64,000 bases of DNA, taken from Gemmatimonadota bacterium. GTDB taxonomy: Bacteria > Gemmatimonadota > Gemmatimonadetes > Longimicrobiales > RSA9. The notes beneath the pieces were generated by a model that was not told where the DNA came from, searched no databases, and saw only the letters and a program-made list of their open reading frames with translations. Position numbers and translations under genes: made by a program. The stretch spans positions 68,003 through 132,002 of the forward strand of contig JBBDRO010000050.1 of NCBI GenBank assembly GCA_040905425.1, read 5' to 3'. Shown here piece after piece: positions 50,327 through 58,605 of this stretch; the first letter of the stretch is position 1; each line of letters opens with the position of its first letter.

Positions 50327-51578
50327 GCGACCCGGCTCGGCCACCCGCGCCGCCCGCGCCGCGCGCACCGCGCTCGTCCTGCTCGCCGCGGGCGCTGCCT
50401 TCACCGTGACACCCGCGCCGGCGGCAGGCCAGGGAGATCTCCAGGGCCAGCTGCGGGCCAGCCAGCTCCGGCTGGACTCCATTCGCGCCGAGGGCTCACG
50501 CCTGCAGGCGGAGCTCGGGCGGCTGCGCACCCGGGTGCGCGACGCCAACCGCGAACTCACCAACATCGCCGAGCAGCGGGCCGCCTCCACCGCGGCGCTG
50601 CAGGAGCTCACGCACCAGTCGGAACTGCTCCTGGAGAACATCCACTTCAACACCTCGGAGCTGGACCACACGAGCGAACGGCTACAGGCGCGCTCCGCGG
50701 CGCTGCAGCAGCGGCTGCGCGCCATCTACAAGCGGGGGCCGCTGCACCCCGTGCGCGTGCTGCTCTCCGCCAGCGACTTCGGTGACCTCTTCAACCGCTA
50801 CCGGTACATGCGCGCCATTGCCCTGCACGAGCGGGCCATGGTGGCGGAGGTCGGCCGTCTACAGGCCACGCTCGCGGACCGCCAGGCCGAGCTGGAACAG
50901 TCGGCGGACCGGCTGGAGCAGGTGCGGGCGCAGGCGGCGGACGAGGTGCTGCGGCTGGAGCGCCTGGAGTCCCAGTGGGCCAGCACCGTACGGGACACGG
51001 AGCGCCAGCAGAGCAGCGCCGTCAGCCGCCTCCAGCAGCTCGAGCGGGACGAGCGGGAGCTGGGCACCCTCATTGCCACACTGGAACGGCGCCGGCAGGA
51101 GGAGGAGGCGCGCCGCGCGGGAGCGGGTGACGCGGCGCCGGCCGGGGCCCTCTCCACGCGCGACCGCGCCTCGCTGGCCTGGCCGGTGGAAGGCAATGTG
51201 CTCAGCCGCTTCGGCGCCCAGCGCAACCCGGACGGCATCGTGCTGCGCAACAACGGCATCGGCATTGCCGCCGCGGCCGGCACGCCGGTGCGCACCGTGG
51301 GCGCGGGCACCGTGGAGTACGCCCGCCGGCTGGAGGGCTGGGGCAACGCCGTCATCGTGGGCCACGGCGACGGCTACTTCACGGGCTACTTCCTGCTGCG
51401 CGAGATCCAGGTGGCGGAGGGGGACCGGGTGGCCGCCCGGCAGGTGGTCGGCACGGTGGGCGGCGAGGCCACCCAGCAGGGGCCGCACCTGGAATTCCGG
51501 GTCTGGGAGCCGTCCGCCGACGGGGGCATCCTGTACGTGGATCCGCTGAGCTGGCTGCAGCGCCGGGCCGGCGGGTGA
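50310..51578 (+). CDS. EnvC-like coiled-coil protein with a degenerate M23/LytM domain
   Basis: Internal ATG at 50310 (or 50319) overlapping the ftsX stop. It has a signal peptide and a long coiled coil. The C-terminal LytM domain has mutated metal ligands (NNGIGIAA instead of HxGxD, PHLEFRV instead of HLHFE). Confidence 0.8.
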   Translation: MYVMYKRPGSATRAARAARTALVLLAAGAAFTVTPAPAAGQGDLQGQLRASQLRLDSIRAEGSRLQAELGRLRTRVRDANRELTNIAEQRAASTAALQELTHQSELLLENIHFNTSELDHTSERLQARSAALQQRLRAIYKRGPLHPVRVLLSASDFGDLFNRYRYMRAIALHERAMVAEVGRLQATLADRQAELEQSADRLEQVRAQAADEVLRLERLESQWASTVRDTERQQSSAVSRLQQLERDERELGTLIATLERRRQEEEARRAGAGDAAPAGALSTRDRASLAWPVEGNVLSRFGAQRNPDGIVLRNNGIGIAAAAGTPVRTVGAGTVEYARRLEGWGNAVIVGHGDGYFTGYFLLREIQVAEGDRVAARQVVGTVGGEATQQGPHLEFRVWEPSADGGILYVDPLSWLQRRAGG

Positions 51579-52726
51579 GCGGACTCCACCCGCTCGAGGG
51601 CCACGAGGAGGCCCGTGCCGCACTGGCACGCGCCGCCGATGCCGGCGCCCTGCCCGGCTCGCTCCTGGTGCACGGTCCCGCGGGCGTGGGCAAGCAGCGG
51701 CTGGCGCTCTGGCTGGCGCAGCGGCTCGTCTGCCTGGCACCGGCCGCCGACCCGTGCGGCACCTGCCGGCCCTGCCTCCTGGCGCTCCGCCTGGAGCACC
51801 CGGACATCCACTGGTTCTTTCCCCTGCCCCGACCCAAGCGCGGCGGCGGGCCGGAGAAGCTGGCCGAGGCGCTCGAAGACGCGCGCATGGCGGAGCTGGA
51901 CGAGCGCCGCAACGCGCCCCTGCGGCCCGCCGCCGTGGGTGAGGCGGCCGGCTATTTCGTGGCGCATATGGCCGTGCTGCGCCGGCTGGCCGCCGCCCGG
52001 CCCGCCATGGGGCAGCGCAAGATCTTCATCCTGGGAGACGCCGAGGCGCTGGTGCCCCAGGAAGCCAGCCAGGAGGCGGCCAACGCCCTGCTGAAGCTGC
52101 TCGAGGAGCCACCGGCCGACACCACCATCATCCTCACCGCCACCGATCCCGACGCGCTGCTGCCCACCCTGCGCTCGCGGGTCCTGCCGGTACGTCTGCG
52201 GCCGCTCCCCGAGGCGCGCGTGGCGGATCTGCTGGTGGATGCCGCGGGTGTAGAGATCGCGGCCGCGCGACGGGCGGCCCGCCTGGGTGGGGGCACCATC
52301 GGCCAGGCCCTGGCCTTCCTTCCCCAGGGCGGCGAGACGGGCCCCCTGGAAGTCCTCCGGCTGCAGGCACGTGAGCTCCTCGAGGCGGCGCTGGACCCGG
52401 ACGGCAGCCTGCGGCTCGGCGTGGCCCACGCGCAGGCACCGGCCGGCGCGCGCGGCGCCTTCCGGGACATGCTGGGCTTCCTCAGCCTGTGGATCCGCGA
52501 TCTGGCCGCCACCGCGGCCGGCGCCGATGAGCAGGTGGTCAACGTGGACGCGGCGCCCTGGCTGGAAGCCACCGCGCGGCGGGCGCCCGCCGTCGTGGCC
52601 GGTGCCCCCGCCGCGCTGGAGGCCGTGGCACAGGTGGCGGATTTCACGCGCGTGAACATCAATCCGCAGCTCGCGCTGGCCTGGTTGCTTCGGGAAGTCC
52701 GCACCGCCCTGATGCCTGTCCCGTAA
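51575..52726 (+). CDS. holB: DNA polymerase III subunit delta-prime
   Basis: GTGA overlap with the upstream stop. Motifs: LLVHGPAGVGKQRLALWLAQRLVC, zinc module CGTCRPC, KIFILGDAEAL. Confidence 0.85.
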   Translation: MSGLHPLEGHEEARAALARAADAGALPGSLLVHGPAGVGKQRLALWLAQRLVCLAPAADPCGTCRPCLLALRLEHPDIHWFFPLPRPKRGGGPEKLAEALEDARMAELDERRNAPLRPAAVGEAAGYFVAHMAVLRRLAAARPAMGQRKIFILGDAEALVPQEASQEAANALLKLLEEPPADTTIILTATDPDALLPTLRSRVLPVRLRPLPEARVADLLVDAAGVEIAAARRAARLGGGTIGQALAFLPQGGETGPLEVLRLQARELLEAALDPDGSLRLGVAHAQAPAGARGAFRDMLGFLSLWIRDLAATAAGADEQVVNVDAAPWLEATARRAPAVVAGAPAALEAVAQVADFTRVNINPQLALAWLLREVRTALMPVP

Positions 52727-52793
52727 AGCCATGTCCCTGCCCCGCTTGCGGCACCACTCTGGAACCGGTCGGCGGCGCGGTGCTACCTTTGTG

Positions 52794-52827
52794 CAGGCCC
52801 GCGGGCAATCGGTCCTCCGCGGCCCTG
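52794..52827 (+). other. strong hairpin in the holB-moaC spacer
   Basis: CAGGCCCGCGG (52794-52804) pairs with CCGCGGCCCTG (52817-52827) at 10 of 11 positions across a 12-nt loop. It ends 12 nt before the AAGGAG preceding moaC. Confidence 0.4.
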
Positions 52828-52846
52828 GCATGTACGGACAAGGAGC

Positions 52847-53359
52847 TTGACGCTGGGCGGGAACACGGCGGGACCGGGCGGGTTTACCCACCTGGACGAG
52901 CGCGGCCGACCGCGCATGGTGGACGTGGGGGCCAAGGAGGCCACCCGGCGCACCGCCGTGGCCGAGGGACGGCTCATCACGGAGCCCGCCACGGTGGCGC
53001 TGCTCCAGGAGGGCGGCGGACCCAAGGGTGATGCCCTGGCCGTGGCCCGGGTGGCGGGGATCCAGGGAGCCAAGCACACGGCCGATCTGATCCCGCTGTG
53101 CCATCCGCTCCCGCTGGACCGGGTTGTGGTGGTGGGGGAGGGGGACCGGGCGGTGCGGGGGGTGGGGGGGCGCGCCAGGGCATCGGCCACGGCGCGCACC
53201 GGGGTGGAGATGGAGGCGCTCAGCGCCGTCAGCGCTGCGCTCCTGACCGCGTACGACATGCTCAAGTCCCTGGATCGCGGCATGCGCATCGAGGGCATCC
53301 AACTCCTCCGCAAGGAGGGGGGACGGAGCGGCACCTGGATCCGCGCGGACCAGGACTGA
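52847..53359 (+). CDS. moaC: cyclic pyranopterin monophosphate synthase MoaC
   Basis: FTHLDERGRPRMVDVGAKEATRR, KHTADLIPLCHPLPL, TGVEMEALSAVSAALLTAYDMLK. TTG at 52847 is the only canonical start upstream of the conserved FTHLD. AAGGAG ends only 1 nt before it. Confidence 0.85.
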   Translation: MTLGGNTAGPGGFTHLDERGRPRMVDVGAKEATRRTAVAEGRLITEPATVALLQEGGGPKGDALAVARVAGIQGAKHTADLIPLCHPLPLDRVVVVGEGDRAVRGVGGRARASATARTGVEMEALSAVSAALLTAYDMLKSLDRGMRIEGIQLLRKEGGRSGTWIRADQD

Positions 53360-53413
53360 CCGCGCCCCTGCCGCGCGAGCGTGCACGGGGACCACGACGG
53401 CAAGGAGACGTAC

Positions 53414-54151
53414 ATGGCGGGCGGACTATGGAAGTGGGAGCTGGACCTGCCCACGGAACGTGGCGAACCGGGCTCGGTGCTGCGGGACTGGGAAGCCGCA
53501 CAGGGCGGCTCCGCCGTGGCGCGCGGCGCCGCGGCAGCCTGGCACGCCCTGCGCATCCCGCTGCGCGTAGGCTTGATCGGCGGTCTGGCCTTCCTGGTGG
53601 GCGTGGCCGCCATGGCCAATCCCGAAGGGCAGATGACCGAGCAGGCGCTGCGCGAGCAGCTGGTCGAGCGCGACGCCGAACTCACCGCCCGCCGCGGTGA
53701 ACTCGAGCTGGCGCGACTGGAGCTGCAGCGCCTCAACACGGTGGTGGCATACTCGCGCGAGCATCGCATCCCGGCGGACCTGGCTGCCACCATCTACGAC
53801 ATGGCCCTGGCGGAAGGGGTCGAGCCACGCCTGGCGTTCTCGCTGGTGCGTGTGGAGAGTGAGTTCACGCCTGGCGCGGTGAGCTCCGCCGGCGCGGTGG
53901 GTCTGGCGCAGGTCATGCCCAACACCGCCTTCTGGCTGCAGCCCGGCCTGAGCTACCGGGAGCTCTTCGAGACGGAGACCAATCTGCGGCTGGGCTTCCG
54001 CTATCTGCGCATGATGCTGGCCCAGTACGAGGGGGACCTGCGCCTGGCCCTGCTGGCCTACAATCGCGGGCCGGGGCGGGTGGACGAGATCCGGGCGGCG
54101 GGCGGTGACCCCGGCAACGGCTACGCCACCAAGGTGCAGCGCGGCCAGTAG
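53414..54151 (+). CDS. membrane-anchored lytic transglycosylase (SLT domain)
   Basis: ATG at 53414 with AAGGAG 6 nt upstream. It has a TM segment and a coiled coil. SLT catalytic region: LAFSLVRVESEFTPGAVSSAGAVGLAQVMP, ALLAYNRGPGRV. Confidence 0.85.
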   Translation: MAGGLWKWELDLPTERGEPGSVLRDWEAAQGGSAVARGAAAAWHALRIPLRVGLIGGLAFLVGVAAMANPEGQMTEQALREQLVERDAELTARRGELELARLELQRLNTVVAYSREHRIPADLAATIYDMALAEGVEPRLAFSLVRVESEFTPGAVSSAGAVGLAQVMPNTAFWLQPGLSYRELFETETNLRLGFRYLRMMLAQYEGDLRLALLAYNRGPGRVDEIRAAGGDPGNGYATKVQRGQ

Positions 54152-54168
54152 CCGAGGGGGCTCGCAGC

Positions 54169-55419
54169 ATGCGGACGCACCACAAGCTTTCCACGCCGGC
54201 CGGCGTGGCCCTCCTCATGGCCCTCCTGGGCGGCTGCGGAGCCGGCGACGCCGCCGCGCCATACACCGCGGGCACGCCCGCGTCGCTGGTCATCTCCGGA
54301 CAGGAGCAGAGCGGCGGTGCGGGGTTCGCCGTACCGGAGCGCATTTTGGTGGTGGTGCGAGACCAGGATGGTGCGCCCCTCCTCGGCGTTCCGGTCCACT
54401 TCGTGGCGAGCGGGGGGGGCGGCTGGGTGAGCGCCGCCGCGGACACGACGGCGAGCAACGGCACGGCGGCGGTGAGCTGGTACATGGGCACGGTCCCGGG
54501 CGCGAACGAACTCCGTGTCTCCGTGACCGGCGTCCCGAGCCAGACCGTGCGCGCCACGGGCACGCCCCTTGAGAGCGGCCAGAGCTACTTCGGGTACCGC
54601 GACTACATCGAGTACATTGCCGGGGACATCCCGCTGGTGATCAGCGCACCGCATGGGGGCTCCCTACGCCCATCCGAGATGCCGCAGCGGACCGAGGGGA
54701 CCACCGTTCGGGACACCAACACCGAGGAACTGGCACGCGCCATCGTGGCCGCCTTCGAGGCGCGCCTGGGCGGCCGGCCGCACGTGATCATCAGCCGGGT
54801 GCACCGCGTGCACCTGGATCCCAACCGGGAGATCGGTGAGGCGGCGCAGGGCAATCCGGCGGCGGAACTGGCGTGGCGGGAGTTCCAGACGTTCATCGAG
54901 GATGCCCGATTACGTGTGCGCCAGGCCGGGGGAGAGGGCTTCTACATCGATCTGCACGGCCACGGCCACGCCATCCAGCGCCTGGAGTGGGGCTATCTGC
55001 TGAGCAGCTCCGACCTGACCGTCACCGACCAGCTCCTGAACCGGGACGCCATGGTGGAGGCCTCGTCGGTGCGGGAGATCGCGCAGCGTACGGGCCAGCC
55101 GCTGGCGGAGCTCCTGCGGGGGCCGGCCAGCCTGGGCGCGCTGCTGGCGGCGGAGGACTACCGCTCGGTGCCCTCCCCGGATGACCCGCACCCGGCGGGC
55201 CAGCCCTACTTCTCGGGAGGCTACAACACGGCGCGGCACGGCTCACGGGATGGCGGGACCATCAGCGGCGTGCAGCTGGAGTGCAACTTCGCGGGGGTGC
55301 GGGACACGGCCGCCGCCCGCGCCGCCTTCGCGGAGGCACTGGTCACGGCGCTGGAGAGCTACTTCGACGCGTGGATGGGCGTGCCGGGGGGGGCGGGGGG
55401 GGGGGCCGCCAGCGGCTGA
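54169..55419 (+). CDS. lipoprotein with an Ig-like (Big_1-like) domain fused to an N-formylglutamate amidohydrolase (FGase)-like domain
   Basis: Lipobox LLGGCG. The segment SLVISGQEQSGGAGFAVPERILVVVRDQDGAPLLGVPVHFVAS...LRVSVTG is Ig-like. The FGase-like motifs are LVISAPHGGSLRP, VRDTNTEELARAI, RVHLDPNRE, YIDLHGHGH. Confidence 0.7.
   Translation: MRTHHKLSTPAGVALLMALLGGCGAGDAAAPYTAGTPASLVISGQEQSGGAGFAVPERILVVVRDQDGAPLLGVPVHFVASGGGGWVSAAADTTASNGTAAVSWYMGTVPGANELRVSVTGVPSQTVRATGTPLESGQSYFGYRDYIEYIAGDIPLVISAPHGGSLRPSEMPQRTEGTTVRDTNTEELARAIVAAFEARLGGRPHVIISRVHRVHLDPNREIGEAAQGNPAAELAWREFQTFIEDARLRVRQAGGEGFYIDLHGHGHAIQRLEWGYLLSSSDLTVTDQLLNRDAMVEASSVREIAQRTGQPLAELLRGPASLGALLAAEDYRSVPSPDDPHPAGQPYFSGGYNTARHGSRDGGTISGVQLECNFAGVRDTAAARAAFAEALVTALESYFDAWMGVPGGAGGGAASG
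55386..55405. repeat. G8-C-G11 homopolymer tract at the 3' end of the FGase-like gene
   Basis: Read directly: G at 55386-55393, C at 55394, G at 55395-55405. It encodes the terminal PGGAGGGAASG. Confidence 0.95.
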
Positions 55420-55428
55420 CGCCGCGGC

Positions 55429-56550
55429 TTACTCCACGCGCAGGCGCTGGCCCGCCAGGATGCGGCTGCTGCGGCCCATGTCATTCAGGCTGCGCAGCTC
55501 ACTCAGCGAAAGTCCATAGCGCCGCGCGATCACCGTCAGGTTCTCACCGCGGTTCACCTTGTGGTAGGCCGGCTCCGCTGCAACGGCCAGGCGCGCGGCC
55601 TGATAGACGGCCGGGAAGGCGGCCGCGAATGTACTCCGCGTACCCGCGGGGATGCGCACGGCCCCACCGCCCGCGCGGGGTGTGCGATCGCGCAGCAGGT
55701 GCGGATTCAGCTCCTCGACGACCTCCGCCGCCACCCCCGCGGCCTCCGCCACGGCACTCACCGGGACGTTGCCGGGCACCCAGACCTCATCGAAGCCGAG
55801 CGGCTCCTGATACTCCAGGCCGTGGAAGCCATAGCGTGCCGGCTCCTTGGCAATGTGGCCGGCCGCCAGCATGAGCGGCACGTAGTCCCGCGTCTCGCGC
55901 GGCAGATGCGGGGCAATCTCCCAGAACAACTCGTCCTGCCCGCGGGCGCCGCCGGCCCTCTCGCGGAGGATCCGGTCCACCCGGTTCTCACCGGTGTTGT
56001 ACGAGGCGGCGGCCAGGTACCAGCTGTCGAAGCGCTCGTAGAGTACCTCGAGGTAGTCGAGCGCCGCCGCGGTGGCCTGCACCGGATCCCGCCGCTCGTC
56101 CACCTCGTGATCGATGCGGAGCCCATGGCGCCGCCCCGTCTCGGCAATGAACTGCCAGATCCCCACCGCCGCCGCGTGTGACTCGGCGTAGGGTGAGAAG
56201 CCGCTCTCGATGAGGGCCAGGTAGAGCAGGTCCTCGGGCATGCCGCGCGCCCGGAGTTCGGCCTGGATCATGGGTCCGTAGCGCCCGGACCGCTCCAGCC
56301 ACAGATGGGTGCGCTCGTAGTTGCGGCCCTTGAGGAAGTCGATCCAGAAGTCCACGCGCTCGTTGCGCGTGACCGTCAGGTCCCAGCTGACGGCGCTGGC
56401 GGCGCCGTCCGCCTCGGTCAGGATCTGATCCATGGGCGCGGGCTGCGGCGACCGGTCCCTACCGGGCCCGACGTTCCAGGCCCCTAGCAGGGACGCTACA
56501 ACGAGCGCGCCGCCCAGGCCGAACTGCTTCCATCTGTTGCTCGACTGCAT
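55429..56550 (-). CDS. MltD-like membrane-bound lytic murein transglycosylase with a LysM domain
   Basis: Internal ATG at 56550 preceded by AAGGAGG. Motifs: LALIESGFSPYAESHAAAVGIWQFI, AAASYNTGENRV. The C-terminal LysM is YHKVNRGENLTVIARRYGLSLSELRSLN. Confidence 0.85.
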   Translation of the reverse strand: MQSSNRWKQFGLGGALVVASLLGAWNVGPGRDRSPQPAPMDQILTEADGAASAVSWDLTVTRNERVDFWIDFLKGRNYERTHLWLERSGRYGPMIQAELRARGMPEDLLYLALIESGFSPYAESHAAAVGIWQFIAETGRRHGLRIDHEVDERRDPVQATAAALDYLEVLYERFDSWYLAAASYNTGENRVDRILRERAGGARGQDELFWEIAPHLPRETRDYVPLMLAAGHIAKEPARYGFHGLEYQEPLGFDEVWVPGNVPVSAVAEAAGVAAEVVEELNPHLLRDRTPRAGGGAVRIPAGTRSTFAAAFPAVYQAARLAVAAEPAYHKVNRGENLTVIARRYGLSLSELRSLNDMGRSSRILAGQRLRVE

Positions 56551-56683
56551 GATCCTCCTTGGTGGGCAGCTATCCTGGCAAGATGCGGGCGAGACCACGC
56601 AAACCGTTTATCAGAAAGGCTTTATGGGTATGGTGGTGCTACACGTGATAGGGGAAAAAAGGTCCAGCACCGGCAAGAATTTC

Positions 56684-57865
56684 TCAGCGCGGCGGACCCA
56701 GGCGGAGGCGATCGCCCGGCCGGATCACGGCATCGCTCGCCAAACCGTTCCAGCGCAGCAGATCGTGCGGATGCACGTCGTAATTGCGCGCGATCGACCA
56801 GACCGTCTCTCCGGGAAGCACTTCGTGGCGGAGCGTGCCCACGACGCCGTCCCGGGCTGCCGGTGCGGCCAGCGGGCGTTCGGCCAGGGCGTCCAGGAAG
56901 CGCTGCCCCGCCCCGCGCGGCAGCACGATCGGCGCCGAGCGGCCGGGCGGCGTGCTGCCGCGCACGTAGCGCCCGTTGAGGCGCCGGACCCGCGCGGGGT
57001 CAACGCCGGCCAGGGCCGCGGCCACCTCGAGCTCGGTGGCGTCGTGCACCAGCACCGTGTCCAGCGGCTCGAGCGGCTCCGGCGCCACGGCGCCGATCCC
57101 GAAGGACGTGGGGCTCCTGCCCACCAGCGCCGCCGCCAGCAGCTTCGGCACGTACTCCCGGGTCTCGCGCGGCAGCACCGGCTGGATGAGCCAGAAGAGC
57201 GAGTCCGCGCCGCGCGCGCCACCGGCACGGGCGTCCAGCGCCCGCTCGATGCGCCCTGCCCCGCCATTATAGGCCGCCGCGGCCAGATACCAGCTGCCGA
57301 AGCGCTCGTAGAGCCCGGCCAGGTGCCGGGCGGCCGCCACCGTGGCACGCTGCGGATCGCGCCGGTCATCCACCCACGCGGAGACCTCCAGCCCCTCCAG
57401 GCGGGCGGTGGACTCGATGAACTGCCACATGCCCACCGCATCGGCATGTGAGCGCGCATCGGGATCGTAGCCGCTCTCGATGAGCGCCAGGTGCACCATG
57501 TCGGCGGGCACGCCGTGCGCCGCCAGCTGCGGCAGGATCATGGCCTCGTAGCGGGCGCGCCGCGCCAGCCAGCCCGCGAAGACGTCGGGCTGCTGGTAGG
57601 CAAAGCGCTCCATGAAGCGGATCACGTCCCGGTGGTGCGTGATGGCCAGGCCGGCCACGCCCGCCCCCGCCACGGGCACACCCACGGGCACGCCGGCGGG
57701 GCCGCGTGCCGGGTCCGCGGCCGCCGGCGGTGGCACCGGGCGGCCGGCCAGCGGCCGGATGTAGGGCCGGCCCAGCGGCTCCACGGCCGTGCGGGTGCAG
57801 GCGCTGGCCAGCGGCAGCAGCGCCAGCAGCATGAAGACGCGTCGTCGCTTGAAGTGTCTGGTCAC
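56684..57865 (-). CDS. MltD-like lytic transglycosylase lipoprotein with a LysM domain (tandem paralog)
   Basis: I prefer the GTG at 57865, which gives VTRHFKRRRVFMLLALLPLASAC with a lipobox. ATG at 57832 is the alternative. Motifs: LALIESGYDPDARSHADAVGMWQFI, AAAAYNGGAGRI. The LysM is HEVLPGETVWSIARNYDVHPHDLLRWN. Confidence 0.8.
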   Translation of the reverse strand: MTRHFKRRRVFMLLALLPLASACTRTAVEPLGRPYIRPLAGRPVPPPAAADPARGPAGVPVGVPVAGAGVAGLAITHHRDVIRFMERFAYQQPDVFAGWLARRARYEAMILPQLAAHGVPADMVHLALIESGYDPDARSHADAVGMWQFIESTARLEGLEVSAWVDDRRDPQRATVAAARHLAGLYERFGSWYLAAAAYNGGAGRIERALDARAGGARGADSLFWLIQPVLPRETREYVPKLLAAALVGRSPTSFGIGAVAPEPLEPLDTVLVHDATELEVAAALAGVDPARVRRLNGRYVRGSTPPGRSAPIVLPRGAGQRFLDALAERPLAAPAARDGVVGTLRHEVLPGETVWSIARNYDVHPHDLLRWNGLASDAVIRPGDRLRLGPPR

Positions 57866-58473
57866 TAGCGCGTGCTCAGGTAGTTGCCCAGCAGACGGTT
57901 CAGCGCGCCCAGGACGGCCGTGGCGGCGGCGCGATGATGGTCCTCGCCCACCAGCACGGCGCCCACCAGCCGCTGGGTCGGGGGCCCCGGCCGGTACAGG
58001 GAGGCCACCATCAGGTCGGCGTCGAAGGCGCGCGTGGGCTTCACGCCCACCAGGCGGATGTCCTGCGTTTCCGGACGCAGACGGTGGACGGCCTGCAGCG
58101 CGGCCTCCGCCACCAGACGAAGCTCCATGGCCATGCCCGGCTCCCCAACCATCGTGGCGGTGAAGCGCTTGCCCGTCCATTCCAGCGTCACCTCGGCCCG
58201 CCGGGACCGTTCGTCCACCGCCACACAGGAGGCTCCCTCCAGACGTACGCGGGAGCGGGCGGCCGCGCCCGCTCGATGCAGCGGCCGCACCTCCACGTCA
58301 CCGGCCACGGCCACGGCCGCCTCCGCCGCCTCGGCGGCGTCGGTGCCGGGACCGCACACCAGCCAGAGGGCGTTCTCCTCACTGTCGGCCAGCACACGCT
58401 CCACGCCCGGGATCCCGGCGTGGCGTACGCGTCCGGCTGCGTCTTCCAAATCTGCGGCACTGGTATGGGGCAA
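57865..58473 (-). CDS. uncharacterised protein P2 (paralog of 28327..29067)
   Basis: Same frame as ORF 57865..58566. I prefer the TTG at 58473, with GGAG 5 nt upstream, because the product then aligns in length with P1. GTG at 58566 is the alternative. The stop overlaps the start of the downstream MltD-like gene (TAGTG). Confidence 0.55.
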   Translation of the reverse strand: MPHTSAADLEDAAGRVRHAGIPGVERVLADSEENALWLVCGPGTDAAEAAEAAVAVAGDVEVRPLHRAGAAARSRVRLEGASCVAVDERSRRAEVTLEWTGKRFTATMVGEPGMAMELRLVAEAALQAVHRLRPETQDIRLVGVKPTRAFDADLMVASLYRPGPPTQRLVGAVLVGEDHHRAAATAVLGALNRLLGNYLSTR

Positions 58474-58605
58474 CGTAGCTCCGTGATCATGGGCAACGTT
58501 CCGGGGGGGGGTATTGCAAAGATGGCGGCGCATGCGGTCCGCCGTCAACGCATACGGGGCCGCCACGCACCGCGCAGCGGCCCCGGTCAGCGGCGAACGC
58601 GGGCG

